From Heteronotia binoei (Eukaryota): 64,000 nt of DNA. How positions within the stretch are numbered: the first letter of the stretch is position 1; the number at the start of each line of letters is the position of its first letter. Below are positions 11,076-21,668 of the stretch, piece after piece. The position numbers and the translations under genes were made by a program. Where the stretch lies: contig NC_083230.1 of assembly GCF_032191835.1 (NCBI RefSeq), positions 48,918,001 through 48,982,000 on the forward strand, given 5' to 3'. The notes beneath the pieces were generated by a model. That model saw only the letters and a program-made list of their open reading frames with translations, searched no databases and was not told the origin of the DNA.

Positions 11076-13135
11076 GGGCAGCCCAATCCAGAGATAAGGG
11101 GCGGCTGGCCACAGCGTAGCTGGCGCGCCGCTAGTAAACTTCCTGAGGACTTCGGCACGCTGGAGCGTGGGGAGGGAGAGACATAGCTTGCCGTGAGGGA
11201 GACAGTCGCCATGGCAATGCCGCTGGCAGAGGCACAAAAGGTGGAGGCAGCTGGAAGGGAGGGCCAGCCCACCCCCTCATTGGCCAGTCCTGGCGCATGC
11301 GCCGTGGCTCATGACAGTCAGGGATGGGGAGAGGCGGCCCCAGAGAGGCTGATAGCCATCCCCAACTCACCCCCAAACAGAGAACGGAGCCAATGGTGGG
11401 CAGACCATCATAAGAAAAGGCGAGATGGCCCACCAACACAGGGAGGGAACAGGAGTGAGACTGGACATGCACTCACGAGAAGCCTGGCTTGGTGGCGAAG
11501 CGGGGTTGGGGGCAAGACAGGCCTGCACGGGACCACGGAGAAGCCATCAATCCCCTCACACCCTCCCACTGTCAGAGACTCTGCCAATGGCAGGCAGACA
11601 AGCAGGAAGTACCAAGTGCAGGAGTTTGTTGTCATAGACAGCGGCTGGAATATGTGTCTGGGAGTGAGCAGCCCAGCAGCAGACACACCCCTCCACCCAG
11701 AGACCCCCCCGTCATGCCCTGACGCCCCCTGCCATGTGCACGGAACACCTCCCTGGGGGCCGCAGAACTCAGAGTGCGAGTGCAACAGCCACAGAACTCT
11801 GAGTCCACTTCATCAGCCCCCCCCTTAGTGCCCTGCGCACAACAGCCCTGTGGGGTCAGCTAGGCTGTCAGCCCAGCCAAGCTGAGGGGCGGCACTCCCC
11901 TCCCATCCAGCCATGCGGGGGGCAGTGTGGTGGCTCATAGACCGTTCCCCCCAAAAAAACCCAAGTCTGCCCACCCTCCCAGGCATTCCCTCGGAGAGGC
12001 CAGTGACGGGGGGGGCGTTGACCAGGGAACATGCAGCAGATGGCAAGTGCGAGAGACAACAGAGGGCACAGCTCAGACTTTATTTTTCCAGAACAGAGTG
12101 CAGCAATCTCCCTGGTGCGTGCTGGGCAGTCTTGCTGTGGGCGGGGCTCCATTCCAAGCAGCAGGCAGAAACAGCTGAGGGAGTGGGGGGCGGTGGAGCA
12201 GCACACGTGGAAGCCTCTATGTTGCAGTCCCACCTGCAAAACAGAAATAGAGATCAAGAGCACCTGCAGGGGCAGCGGGCTGTGTTTCAGCTGGGCGCTC
12301 TCTTAAAGGGACAGTCTCTGACCCACCTCCCTGCAACAGGACAGCTGTCATGCCCACATGCCTCGTGCCCTGCCAGGGGTTGGGAACGTGGCAGAGAGCA
12401 GATCAAGGGCAGGGGGCAGCACAGGGGAGCGGGGTCAGCAGATGCCCACTGCCGGAGCCCACTGCCTGGTTTACGTGCCAGAGGCTCTCGCACACCAAGC
12501 GGTCAAGAGCAAGGGGAGGGGGAGGCGGGGGGGCAGTGGAACTTACTCAGCCATGGGCAACAGTCCTCGCTGGCATGCAGAGCCTCTGCGAGCCTGGAAC
12601 CTGTGGAGACCTGGAAACAAGAGCAGTTAGCCCCAGGGGAGAGACCTCTTTCTCCGCCTCACAAGGCAAAGATACTGTCAAAGCAACCACGAAGTGCAAA
12701 ACCGATCACCAACGTGCCTGCCTGTCCCTCACTCTAAGTCTGTATGGCCGGGAGTTCGCCGGCAGAACTTCCCACCATGCACTCCTTTCCCTAACAACTG
12801 AGTTGTGTGTGGCCAGAGTGGAATTATTTCTAGGAGGGGGAAGACCGCAATTGGGTGATGGGGATGGGGCTCATCAGCCCGAGCCGCAAGGGGATTGGTG
12901 AGGCAATCATGCCGCTCCCTAAGGGTTTTCCAAGCTTCCCTTTTGTTTCCGAGCTTCCCTTTGTTTTTGGTTTCAACGAGTGCCTATGGGGCACGCCACC
13001 GTTTTTGCAGGCGTAAAGTTGCGCCTCTTGGGGGGAGGGGCATGTCATGGGCCAAACTGCTCAGGAAGCCGCCTAAGCCTGGTTGCGCCCCCAACTCCAC
13101 CCCCACCTCCGCCTGAACACAGCGCTCCACTTCAC
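11076..13135. mobile_element. ~2.06-kb GC-rich non-autonomous TIR element, copy 2 (right end missing)
   Basis: Begins GGGCAGCCCAATCCAGAG. Block 11552-11599 matches 1551-1598 at 46/48, and further collinear blocks follow. Homology stops near 13135, about 170 bp short of the right TIR of copy 1. Confidence 0.75.
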
Positions 13136-14389
13136 TTCCTATTACGCATTTTGTCTTCTGTTTAGTTTAGGGATTTTTCTTCCAAAATGAGAGTTATTAA
13201 ATGTGTACATGCAAACAGCTTAAATGAGGTGGTGCCCCCCCCTAGTTTAAAAAAACACATCTAGTGGAAGTTACAACAAACAGATCTTATAGATACACAT
13301 AGTGTCTGATAGGAAATATGAGATTTTAAAATACCTATTGCCCAAGCAGGTCATTATTGCTGTGCCACCTATGCAGAAGTTAAATAATAGGCATGAGACT
13401 TCTGCATGTACGTTTCCTTGATCCAGCTCATCTTCTTATCTGCTCAGCTGATAGTTTCTGCCAAATCACTTTCATCATGTTTCATTACAGGTCTTCTTGA
13501 TTTTCCAGTTGAAATTTTGGTTTCTCACTGTGTGAAGCCTTTCTCCTGTGGTTTGATTTGGCTCTCCAGTTTTTTGCCCCAGAGAGAAAGATTATACTAC
13601 ATTTAAGAGCTTTTCTATTTTGCAAACACCTGATTTGCCTAATAAGACACTAACATCTAATGTATTCATAATACAAGTGACCTTCTTTGTCTCAATTTTT
13701 CTGCTTCATTTAAAAAAAATATTTGTAAGGAGATCATTTTTCCTTAGGCTTTCAGTAACAGATCTGATCAGCTCCAACCACACAGTCATGCCCAGTACCT
13801 TCTATCTTTTAGCCCTATATTATCTACAGGCTATTGTCCTTGAATTCATAGCTTGTGCTTATAATGGTTTGGCTTTCTTACAGTGCCATCCTAAGCAGAG
13901 TTATATGTCTTGCCTTCTATGTCAATTAACTTCAACAGATTTAGAAATGTGTAACTCTATTTAGCACTGCACTTGAAATCTGTTTAGCATTGCTCTGTGA
14001 GCAACTTTCAAATTACAAGCTTTAGTTTCCATATGATACCAAACCCTGGCTGTACATACTCCTTTCTCCCTTAACACACTGCAGTTTCCTTACAATTACT
14101 CCTCCTGTCCTATAAAATTCCCAGTCATCAATTACAATAAAGTGACCCTGTGAATTTCTTTTTTCAGTGCCGCTTAAGAAGTACTTGGTGTCTCCAAAAT
14201 AAAGTCTGATGCACAAGCCCTTATGAAAGAGCACTATGGTGCTGAAGTGCTATAGTGGTTTAGTGCTATAGCACTCAACTTAGAATGTTGAAAGAAAGTC
14301 CGAGGAAGATCTTGTGGTGAAAAAGGGTAGGGGGAAAGCAGCATTGTTTGAAATTACCATAGTGCTGCAGAAAAGACTTGTTAACAGAA

Positions 14390-14508
14390 GAAAATTTGCT
14401 ATATGAAACCCCAGAAATGCAGTTCTGGCTGGCTTGGCATCAGGGGGTGTAACAATATGCAAATGAGTTCCTGCTGGGCTTTTTCTACAAAAAAAAATAA
14501 AAACCCTG
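14390..14508 (-). mobile_element. End fragment of a hAT-like non-autonomous element
   Basis: Minus strand starts CAGGGTTTTT...GTAGAAAAAGCCCAGCAGGAACTCATTTGCATA, an abundant gecko MITE end as I recall it; other end not found. Confidence 0.5.
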
Positions 14509-14509
14509 A

Positions 14510-15062
14510 GGAAGAGTGTCGTAAAGAGTGCTTATAGGATGTAAAAGTACGATGCATATTGTAATCAGCTTGAGTAGAGCATGGGGGAAATGCTTGGGGG
14601 CAGGAAATTCACATCTGTAGTGAGATAAGAATCCTATGTCCCTATTCAGCCTTGGGGGCGGTCCATTATTCTGAACTTATGGATTAACTCAAGTTCAACA
14701 AACTTGTTGTAATTTCCCTTTGAAATGTCTTTGTCTGACGACTGTCACTCTTAGGTCAGCAATGGAAAGAATTGAAAGATTAAAATATTCTCCCACTGGT
14801 CTTTGAGTGTTGCAGTTTTTAGTATTGGATATATGTCCCTTATTCTTTTGCATAGGGACTACCTGTTTGTCCAATGTAGAGAGTGGAAGGACATTGCTGG
14901 CATTTGATGGCATATATAGCATTAGAAGATGACCAGGTAAATGAACCTAAAATAGAATCATAGAGTTGGAAGGGACCTCTAGGGTCATCTAGTTCAACCC
15001 CCTTGATGGCATGGATGGTATTGTGAGGTCCTATTACTGTAATGTCAGAATGAATACAGGCA
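14510..15062 (-). mobile_element. Penelope-like retroelement relic: GIY-YIG endonuclease C-terminus plus 3' region
   Basis: CIHSDITVIGPHNTIHAIK[CR1 insert]GSFTWSSSNAIYAIKCQQCPSTLYIGQT, then after a frameshift GHISNTKNCNTQRPVGEYFNLSILSIADLRVTVVRQRHFKGKLQ (ORF-track entries 14840..15124 and 14695..14922). Confidence 0.85.
14951..15003 (-). mobile_element. CR1 LINE 3' tail inserted into the Penelope relic
   Basis: Minus strand GGGTTGAACTAGATGACCCTAGAGGTCCCTTCCAACTCTATGATTCTATT; same tail as the CR1 ending at 20936. Confidence 0.8.
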
Positions 15063-15275
15063 TCATAATGTGAAACTGCTGAACTTGTGTTAATGTACAA
15101 GTTCAGAACAATGGACACACACATCCCAGGCTGAATAAGGATTTAGGATTTTTATCGCATAACATATGCTAATTTTCTACCCCTAAACATTTCCCCTCTG
15201 CTCTAATCTAGCTGATTGCAGTGCACATTGTACCTCTACATCCTGAGTTCCTTCTTTGCAACACTGCTCCCACCT
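15063..15275 (+). mobile_element. Inverted second copy (pseudo-LTR) of the Penelope 3' region
   Basis: ETAELVLMYKFRTMD...LNKDLGFLSHNIC* on the + strand; about 80% identical by hand count to the reverse complement of 14520-14700. Confidence 0.75.
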
Positions 15276-16841
15276 GATTGGGATATTTCCCAAATAGAGT
15301 GTCTTAGTAAGAAGAGACAGTTCACCAGTAGGTCATCAAAAATCTGATTTATAAATGGAGGTGGCTATTAGGAATATAGTTGGTTCCAGCTGAATATCCA
15401 GTGGTAATTTATCATTCTGAGGCCTATCAGGAGAATTGGATCCAAATCCCTTTTGAAAGAGATTTAAAATGTAGAAATCTTCAGTTTATGTATACTATCA
15501 CCTTTGGTATCATGCTAAACTATAAAAGCAAATGAGCTGTAATGCTTATTATTATCAAAAAGAGATACCAATCCAGAGAAGTACATTTTTGTTCAGACTC
15601 CTTGTGTATCTGTGAACTGAAGTCTTGAACATCCTTATGTAACGTAGATTAGACTAACGCAGGATTCAGTGGTCCAAAGTACAACACACACACAACCCCG
15701 AAGAATTAAAAAATTAAAACACAGTAGTGCCTTTGTTGTCCTAGGCTTTCATCTGTGTCCATGACAATGTATACAAGTAATATGTTCGTATGCCCATGCT
15801 GGTACTTTATCCCAGTAGCAAAGTAGTGGGTTTTCTAGTGGGGGGAGGGGGAATCTCTTGACCGGTAATTCTGAAAGTATTTTTTGATACTGCTTTCAGA
15901 TGAGAGCTCCTTTCTTCACTGCAGTCAGGATTATCGAGGCACTATCTTTTGAATGTCCAAACTTGATCATAGATACATTTTTCATTAAACACCTTCTGAT
16001 ACTATTATTAAAGCCATGGGGAGATCTGGCAGGAGCTAATCCATTCTGGGTTATAAATAAATGCCTTTTATAATCTACAGAGGAACCTCAAACAGATAAT
16101 TAGTAGGTAATATATCTTGTACATTAAGCCTCCTACATAAATTAGTATTTAACTATTGGGGTTTCATCAATATGTAAATATTTTAGAAAGTCACTGTAAG
16201 GAGAAGGCAATACAACATCCATTAGACTAACATTCCTTGGCTATCTATAAACTACAAATGGTGCTTCAGACAAGTAATGCCTATGTTCTAACAGTCAGCA
16301 CACCTACATAAAATCATTTAAGATGGATCGATTTAATCACCTTTGCATACATAGCCAGGTATCACAGTCTTGTATGGCAATGCAGGGCAGTCACTTCCCT
16401 TCCTGTGAGTTTCTCGTGCTCATTCAGTAGATGAAGTTGTCCCATCATAACCTTTCTATGTAGGAAAGAAACACATTGGCTGGATTTTCTTATTTAGTGT
16501 TATTCTGGCGTACCTGTCCCTCATCAGTTCAGTACTCAGAATAACTAATAAGGGTAAGAAGCTCCACCATGCAAGAATTTAATGCTTGGACTGCTGAAAG
16601 TCTGTTGAAAATGTTGCAGGCTAAAAGAGTAGGTGTTGCTCAGTATCCCCAGTGGAATTCCCATACTTTGATCCGTGAACTGTAGCCTCAAGAACAGCTA
16701 GTTACTATATAAAGACACCCTTCCCCACACATGCGTTTGGTAAAAGCCTTGCAAACCTAATAAGGAGGGTTTTAAACTAAATCCTATGGGGAAAACAAAC
16801 AAAAAACCCTAGACGATTCAGATCCTTACCAGTGCCTAAAG

Positions 16842-17345
16842 TAGGGTTGCTAAGGCTGCCAACTCTGTCTTGGCAAATTACTGGAAATTTGAAGGCAGTT
16901 TCTGAGGAGGAGAGAGAGCTCAGCTGAAGAGTGATGTGGCATCACATCCAGGTTAAAGGTCATCTCCAATTCCTCTGATTCTTGTGAGATAATTTTCTCC
17001 CACCATAATTCAAAATGTAAATTTCCTGCCTCATATCACTCAGTTTTGTTTTTTAACCCTCTCAAAGTTATCTTCAGTGTTAAGGAGAAAAATCCAATCT
17101 GAAGACTCATAGAAGGATGACAGCTAATAGCAGCCCCATCTCTTTCTTAGTCCACAATTGACTTCTGTCCTTTAGTGTTTTCACAGGTGACTGTTTCTCC
17201 TAGTCTCTATGGTATATCATAGGAGAAATGGAAATCCTAGAGCATCTACTCTCTATAGCCACTCTACGACTTCCATAACTCCTAGACTATAGTTCTTTCC
17301 AGGGAACTTATCTCTGTAGTCCAGAAATCAGTTGTAATTCACACC
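16842..17345. mobile_element. Degenerate MITE of the TAGGGTTGCC family
   Basis: Left end TAGGGTTGCTAA and subterminal CTCTGTAGTCCAGAAATCAGTTGTAATTC; right TIR and TSD not resolved. Confidence 0.45.
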
Positions 17346-17410
17346 CTACCCCACCCCTAAAGATTACCAACTGCCTGTAAGGGGGGGGGAGTCCTGCCTT
17401 TTAGAGATTT

Positions 17411-17777
17411 AGGGCCAGTTTGATTAAGAGTGGTGGACTCTAATCTGGAGAACTGATTCCCATCTTCTACACATGAAGCCATCTGGGTGATCTTGGGCCA
17501 GTCACAGTTCTCTCAGAACACTCTCGGGCCCACCTACCTCACAAGGTGTGTGCTGCAGGGAGAAGCAGGGAAGGAGATTGTAAGCTGCTTTGAGACTCCT
17601 TAGAGAAAGTAAAGGTAAAGGTAGTCCCCTGTGCAAGCACCAGTCATTTCCGACTCTGGGGTGATGTCGCATCACAATGCTTTCATGGCAGACTTTTTAC
17701 AGGTAGTTTGCCATTGCCTTCCCCAGTCATCTACACTGAAAAGCAGGGTATAAAACAAACTCCTCTTCTCCTTCTTC
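17411..17777 (+). mobile_element. tRNA-derived SINE (Squam3-like), interrupted by a Sauria SINE piece
   Basis: GGACTCTAATCTGGAGAAC head, GGGTGATCTTGGGCCAGTCACAGTTCTCTCAG body, GTAAGCTGCTTTGAG...GGGTATAAAA-(TCT)n tail; inverse of the copy at 34767-35033. Confidence 0.75.
17609..17737 (-). mobile_element. 5'-truncated Sauria SINE (Squam1-like) 3' part
   Basis: (AAAGGT)n tail then AGTCCCCTGTGCAAGCACCAGTCATTTCCGACTCTGGGGTG; matches the copy at 55889-56185. Confidence 0.8.
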
Positions 17778-18269
17778 ATTGAATGTAATGTTGTTTGCCT
17801 CCTCATTATGGAAAGCTTCACATATCGATTTCCACACTTTATTAAGGAGATGGGACATCTTCCCTCCCCTGCAAGGTCTGTTGGCAATCTTGCTTGTCGA
17901 CCACATCCACCCTGGCCCTTGTTCACATTTCAGTAGTGGCAAAACAAAGACGAGCACTGTTATCAGCACATATATCACAGTCATATATCACAACATGAGT
18001 GAAATCTAGGTGTGTCAGATACCTTAGCCTAGGGCCTGCATCGATCACATCAGATCCTTGCTATGACACCTTCAGGGCTATTATACCTACGGGAAAGGGC
18101 TGCTATGTATTTGGACTGTTGGAGCCACCATAGGCTTGCTGCTGGAGACTTGATTAGGCAGCCAGTTCCAGCCTATTTGGGCCTATTGCAGTTGTTTTTC
18201 CTGTAATCAGTATGTGAACAATGAATGGTTGAACTATAGCAGCTGCCTCTGGTCTCAATACATTTTAAT

Positions 18270-20936
18270 GTCATTTTGGAATTTAGTCTCTTGGGGAAGG
18301 GAAGAGCAATATGTAGTCAGACATACAGGTTCGACTTCAGGAAAGCAAATTTCAACAAACTTAAAACTATGCTGGGTAGAATCCCATAGTCAGAAACACT
18401 TAAGGAGAAGGGAGTTCAAGAGGGGAGGGAGTTTCTTAAAAGTTAAATATGGAAGGCACAATAACAAATGATTCCTTTGAGAAGGAAAAATGGGAGGAGC
18501 CTAAAGAAGCCAAAGTAACTCCATAAACAGCTTTCTAAGGACTTGAGAAATAAAAAAAGACTGCCCTGACCTGGATAGCCCAGGCAAGCCTGATCTCATC
18601 ACATCTTGGAAGCTAAGCAGGGTCAACTGTGGTTAGTACTTGGATGGAAGACTGTCTTTGAAATACCCAGTCAGGAGGTGGGGGCTGACTTATTCAGCCA
18701 CCTCCCTGAATATCCTCCAGGCCCCCAGTAAGGGTCAGTCACCAAAGGTTAACAGGACTTCCAGGTGCAGACACACACAAACACATGAAAAATACAAGAA
18801 ATAAAAAGGTTCATTTAGGAAATGGAATGAGGGCCTTGTAACCAAGGATGAATTTAAACAAACAACCAGTGCTTGTAAGGAGAGTATTAGAAAAGCTAAA
18901 ACTCAGTATGAACTCAGGCTAGCAACAGTTGCTAAAAAAGGGTTCTTTTCTTATGTTCAAAGTAAGAAAAAGAGCAAGGGCATGGTAGGTCCATTGTTGG
19001 GACAGAAAAGTGAAATTGTAACAGGTGATGAAGAGAGGACAAAACTGCTCAATTCCTACTTTTGCTCAGACATCTCTTGTGAGGGAAACAGTGCTCAACA
19101 TGAGAAAAACAGAACACATAATGAGAGAAGGGAGTTGCAGCCTAGGATCAGCTTAGGGGTAGTACATAAACGCTTAGTTTCTTTAAATGAAATTAAGTCT
19201 TCAAGGCCAGATGAATTGCATCCAAGGGTACTAAAAGAACTCACTGATGTAGTTTCTGAGCCTCTGCCCATTATTTTTCAAAATTCATGTTGAACAGGTA
19301 AGGTGCCAGAAGACTGGGGGCAGGCAAATGTTGTTCCCATCTTCAAGGAGAAAAAGAAGAATCTAGGTAAAAAACGACCCATCAGCCTGACGTCTATACC
19401 TGGAAAAGTTATAGAACAAAACATTAAACAGTCAGTCCTTCAGCATTTAGAAAGGATGGCTGTGATTACTAAGAGCCCGCATGAGTTTCTCAATAACATG
19501 TCAGACTAACCTTATTGCTTCTTTTGAGAAAGTTATTACCTTGCTGGATCAGTGGAATGCTGTAGACATAGTTTATCTTGATTTCAGTAAGGCTTTTGTT
19601 AAGGTTCCACATAATATTATTGTTGACAAGTTGGTAAAATGTTGTTTGGATCCTGTTACTGTTAGATGGATCTGTAACTGACTGACAGATCACACCCAAA
19701 GAGTGCTTGTGAATGGTTCCTCATCCTCTTGGAGAGAGACAAGTGCAGTGCCTCAAGGATCTGTCCCGGGACCTGTTTTGTTCCACATCTTTATAAAAGA
19801 TTTGGATGAAGGAATAGAGGGAATGCTTATTAAATTTGCAGGTGATACTAAATTGGGATGGGAAGCAAATATAGTAGACAGAGTCAGGATACAGGATGAT
19901 CTTGACAAGCTGGAAAACGGCTAAAACAAATAAAATGAATTTTAGCAGGGATAAATGTAAAGTTCCACATTTAGGTAGGAATAATCCAGTGCATAATTAT
20001 AAGATGGGGATACTTGCTTTGGCAGTAGTATGTGTGAAAAGGATTTAGGGGTCTTATTGGCCATATACTGAACATGAGTCAGCAGTGTGATGTGGTAGCT
20101 AAAAAGGCACAGGCAGTTTTGAGCTGTAGCAACAGAAGTATAGTATCCAGATCACACAAAGTGATGGCATCGCTTTGCTCTGCTCTGGTTAGACCTCACC
20201 TAGATTATTGTTTTCAGTTTGGGGCACCACATTTTAAGAAGGATGTTGAGAAGGTAGAGCATATCCAGAGAAGGGCAACAAAGATGGTGAAAGGTCTGGA
20301 GACCAAGTCCTGTGATGAAAGGTTGAAGTAGTTTGGTATGTTTAGCCTGAAGAGGAGACAACTGAGAGGAAATATGACAACTGAGAGGAGATATAACAAC
20401 AATTCTTCAAGTATTTGAAGGGCTGTCATATAAAGGATGATGTGGAGTTGTTTTCTGTTGCCCCAGAAGGTTGGACCAGAACCAACAGGTTGAAATTAAA
20501 TCAAGAGTTTTCAGCTAAACATTAGGAAGAACTTCCTGACAGAGCAGTTCCTCAGTGGAACAGGCTTCCTTGGGATGTGGTGGGTTCATGTTCTTGGGAG
20601 ATTTTAACAGATGCTAAATGGCCATCTGACAGCAATGCTGATTCTATGAACTTAGGCAGATCCTGAGTGGGAGGGCAGGAAGAGTTGCATCAGTGCTTAA
20701 TTGTCGTGGACCTTTTTTACATATCCAGGGAAATATGACTGCAACTATGTGGTCAGGAAGCAATATTCTCCAGGCCAGTTTGGCCAGGGTTCCTAGGGGG
20801 GTATTTTTTTTGCGGGGGGGGGTCCATCTTTTGGGAATGGAGCAGGTGGGGGGAGGTACTTGTGAATTTCCTGCATTGTACAGGGGGTTGGACTAGATGA
20901 CCCTGGAGGTACCTTACAACTCTGATTCTGTGATTC
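18270..20936 (+). mobile_element. 5'-truncated CR1 LINE (RT region, decayed) with 3' UTR
   Basis: ELHPRVLKEL, PEDWGQANVVPIFK, RPISLTSIPGK, VYLDFSKAF, VPQGSVPGP, FAGDTKLG, RPHLDYCFQFGAPHFKKD in successive broken ORFs; terminal GGACTAGATGACCCTGGAGG..TGATTCTGTGATTC. Confidence 0.92.
18557..18796 (+). mobile_element. 5S-rRNA-derived SINE (SINE3) inserted in the CR1
   Basis: GCCTGATCTCATCACATCTTGGAAGCTAAGCAGGGTCAACTGTGGTTAGTACTTGGATGGAAGAC resembles the 5S internal control region. 11-bp TSD AGAAATAAAAA at 18546-18556 and 18797-18807. Confidence 0.8.
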
Positions 20937-21668
20937 AATTTATGAATGGCCTTATTTTCCTCTTACCTGTCCCCCCTTTATGTTGTCAAAGTGGGGGTGA
21001 ATTGACATTAATTCCAGGCCACCTCTAAACCAAGTGCAGGGATCAGAAAAGTCTGTGCCTTTTCAGGCTGAATCACTAAATGGAAGAGAATGGAGCTGTG
21101 ATGGATTGGACTTTTCAAGAGACTTAGAAGTGCTACCAATAACTAAAGGACTGTGAAGGGTTAATTCTTCACAGAGTCAGAGAGTAACAGGCTGCTATAA
21201 GGAATCTGATTGGTTGGCATCAGCTGAGCAGAAAAATCTTGAGACAGCTGGATGCTGAGGAGATTCAGTCAGATTCCTGCCTTATCTGTGAAGAGACATG
21301 TACTGGAACTGTCTGAGAATAGCCCTGACAGAAAAAGAGTTTAGTGCTGACAGAGTCCGATTCTACCTCAGCTGAATACAGTCTGAATTCAGCATTATCT
21401 GAGAAAAGCTTGAATACAGAGAGAACTTGGGAAGAGTTTAGCAAGGAAGTCTGGGTAGTTGAGAAGGAAAGGGGATTGATCTTCTAGGGAGAGAAGAAAA
21501 TTCCCTACCCAGTCAAACAGGGAGAGTCATCTCTGGGGAGTACAGAATTCCCTGCTCTGGTGTGATTAGAAACTGCTTGTAGAGACTTTAAAAGTCAGTG
21601 AATAACTCAAGAAGAGTGTTCGAAGAGAAGGGGTTTGGGTACTGGGAAAAGGATACCAGCCTTCTGGG

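Noticed and set aside
16730-16790. HAFGKSLANLIRRVLN* resembling the end of CR1 ORF1
   Set aside because: Only about 55 bp, upstream sequence does not continue the similarity; too short to call.
4100-17400. Search for MDM1 exons (expected upstream neighbour on the minus strand)
   Set aside because: No recognisable MDM1 motifs (for example SEYQRNF/SEY..KF repeats) in the ORF track or the frames I translated; probably outside the window. tBLASTn would settle it.
18557-18680. 5S rRNA gene
   Set aside because: Partial, diverged, followed by a non-5S body and flanked by a TSD: a SINE3, not an rRNA gene.
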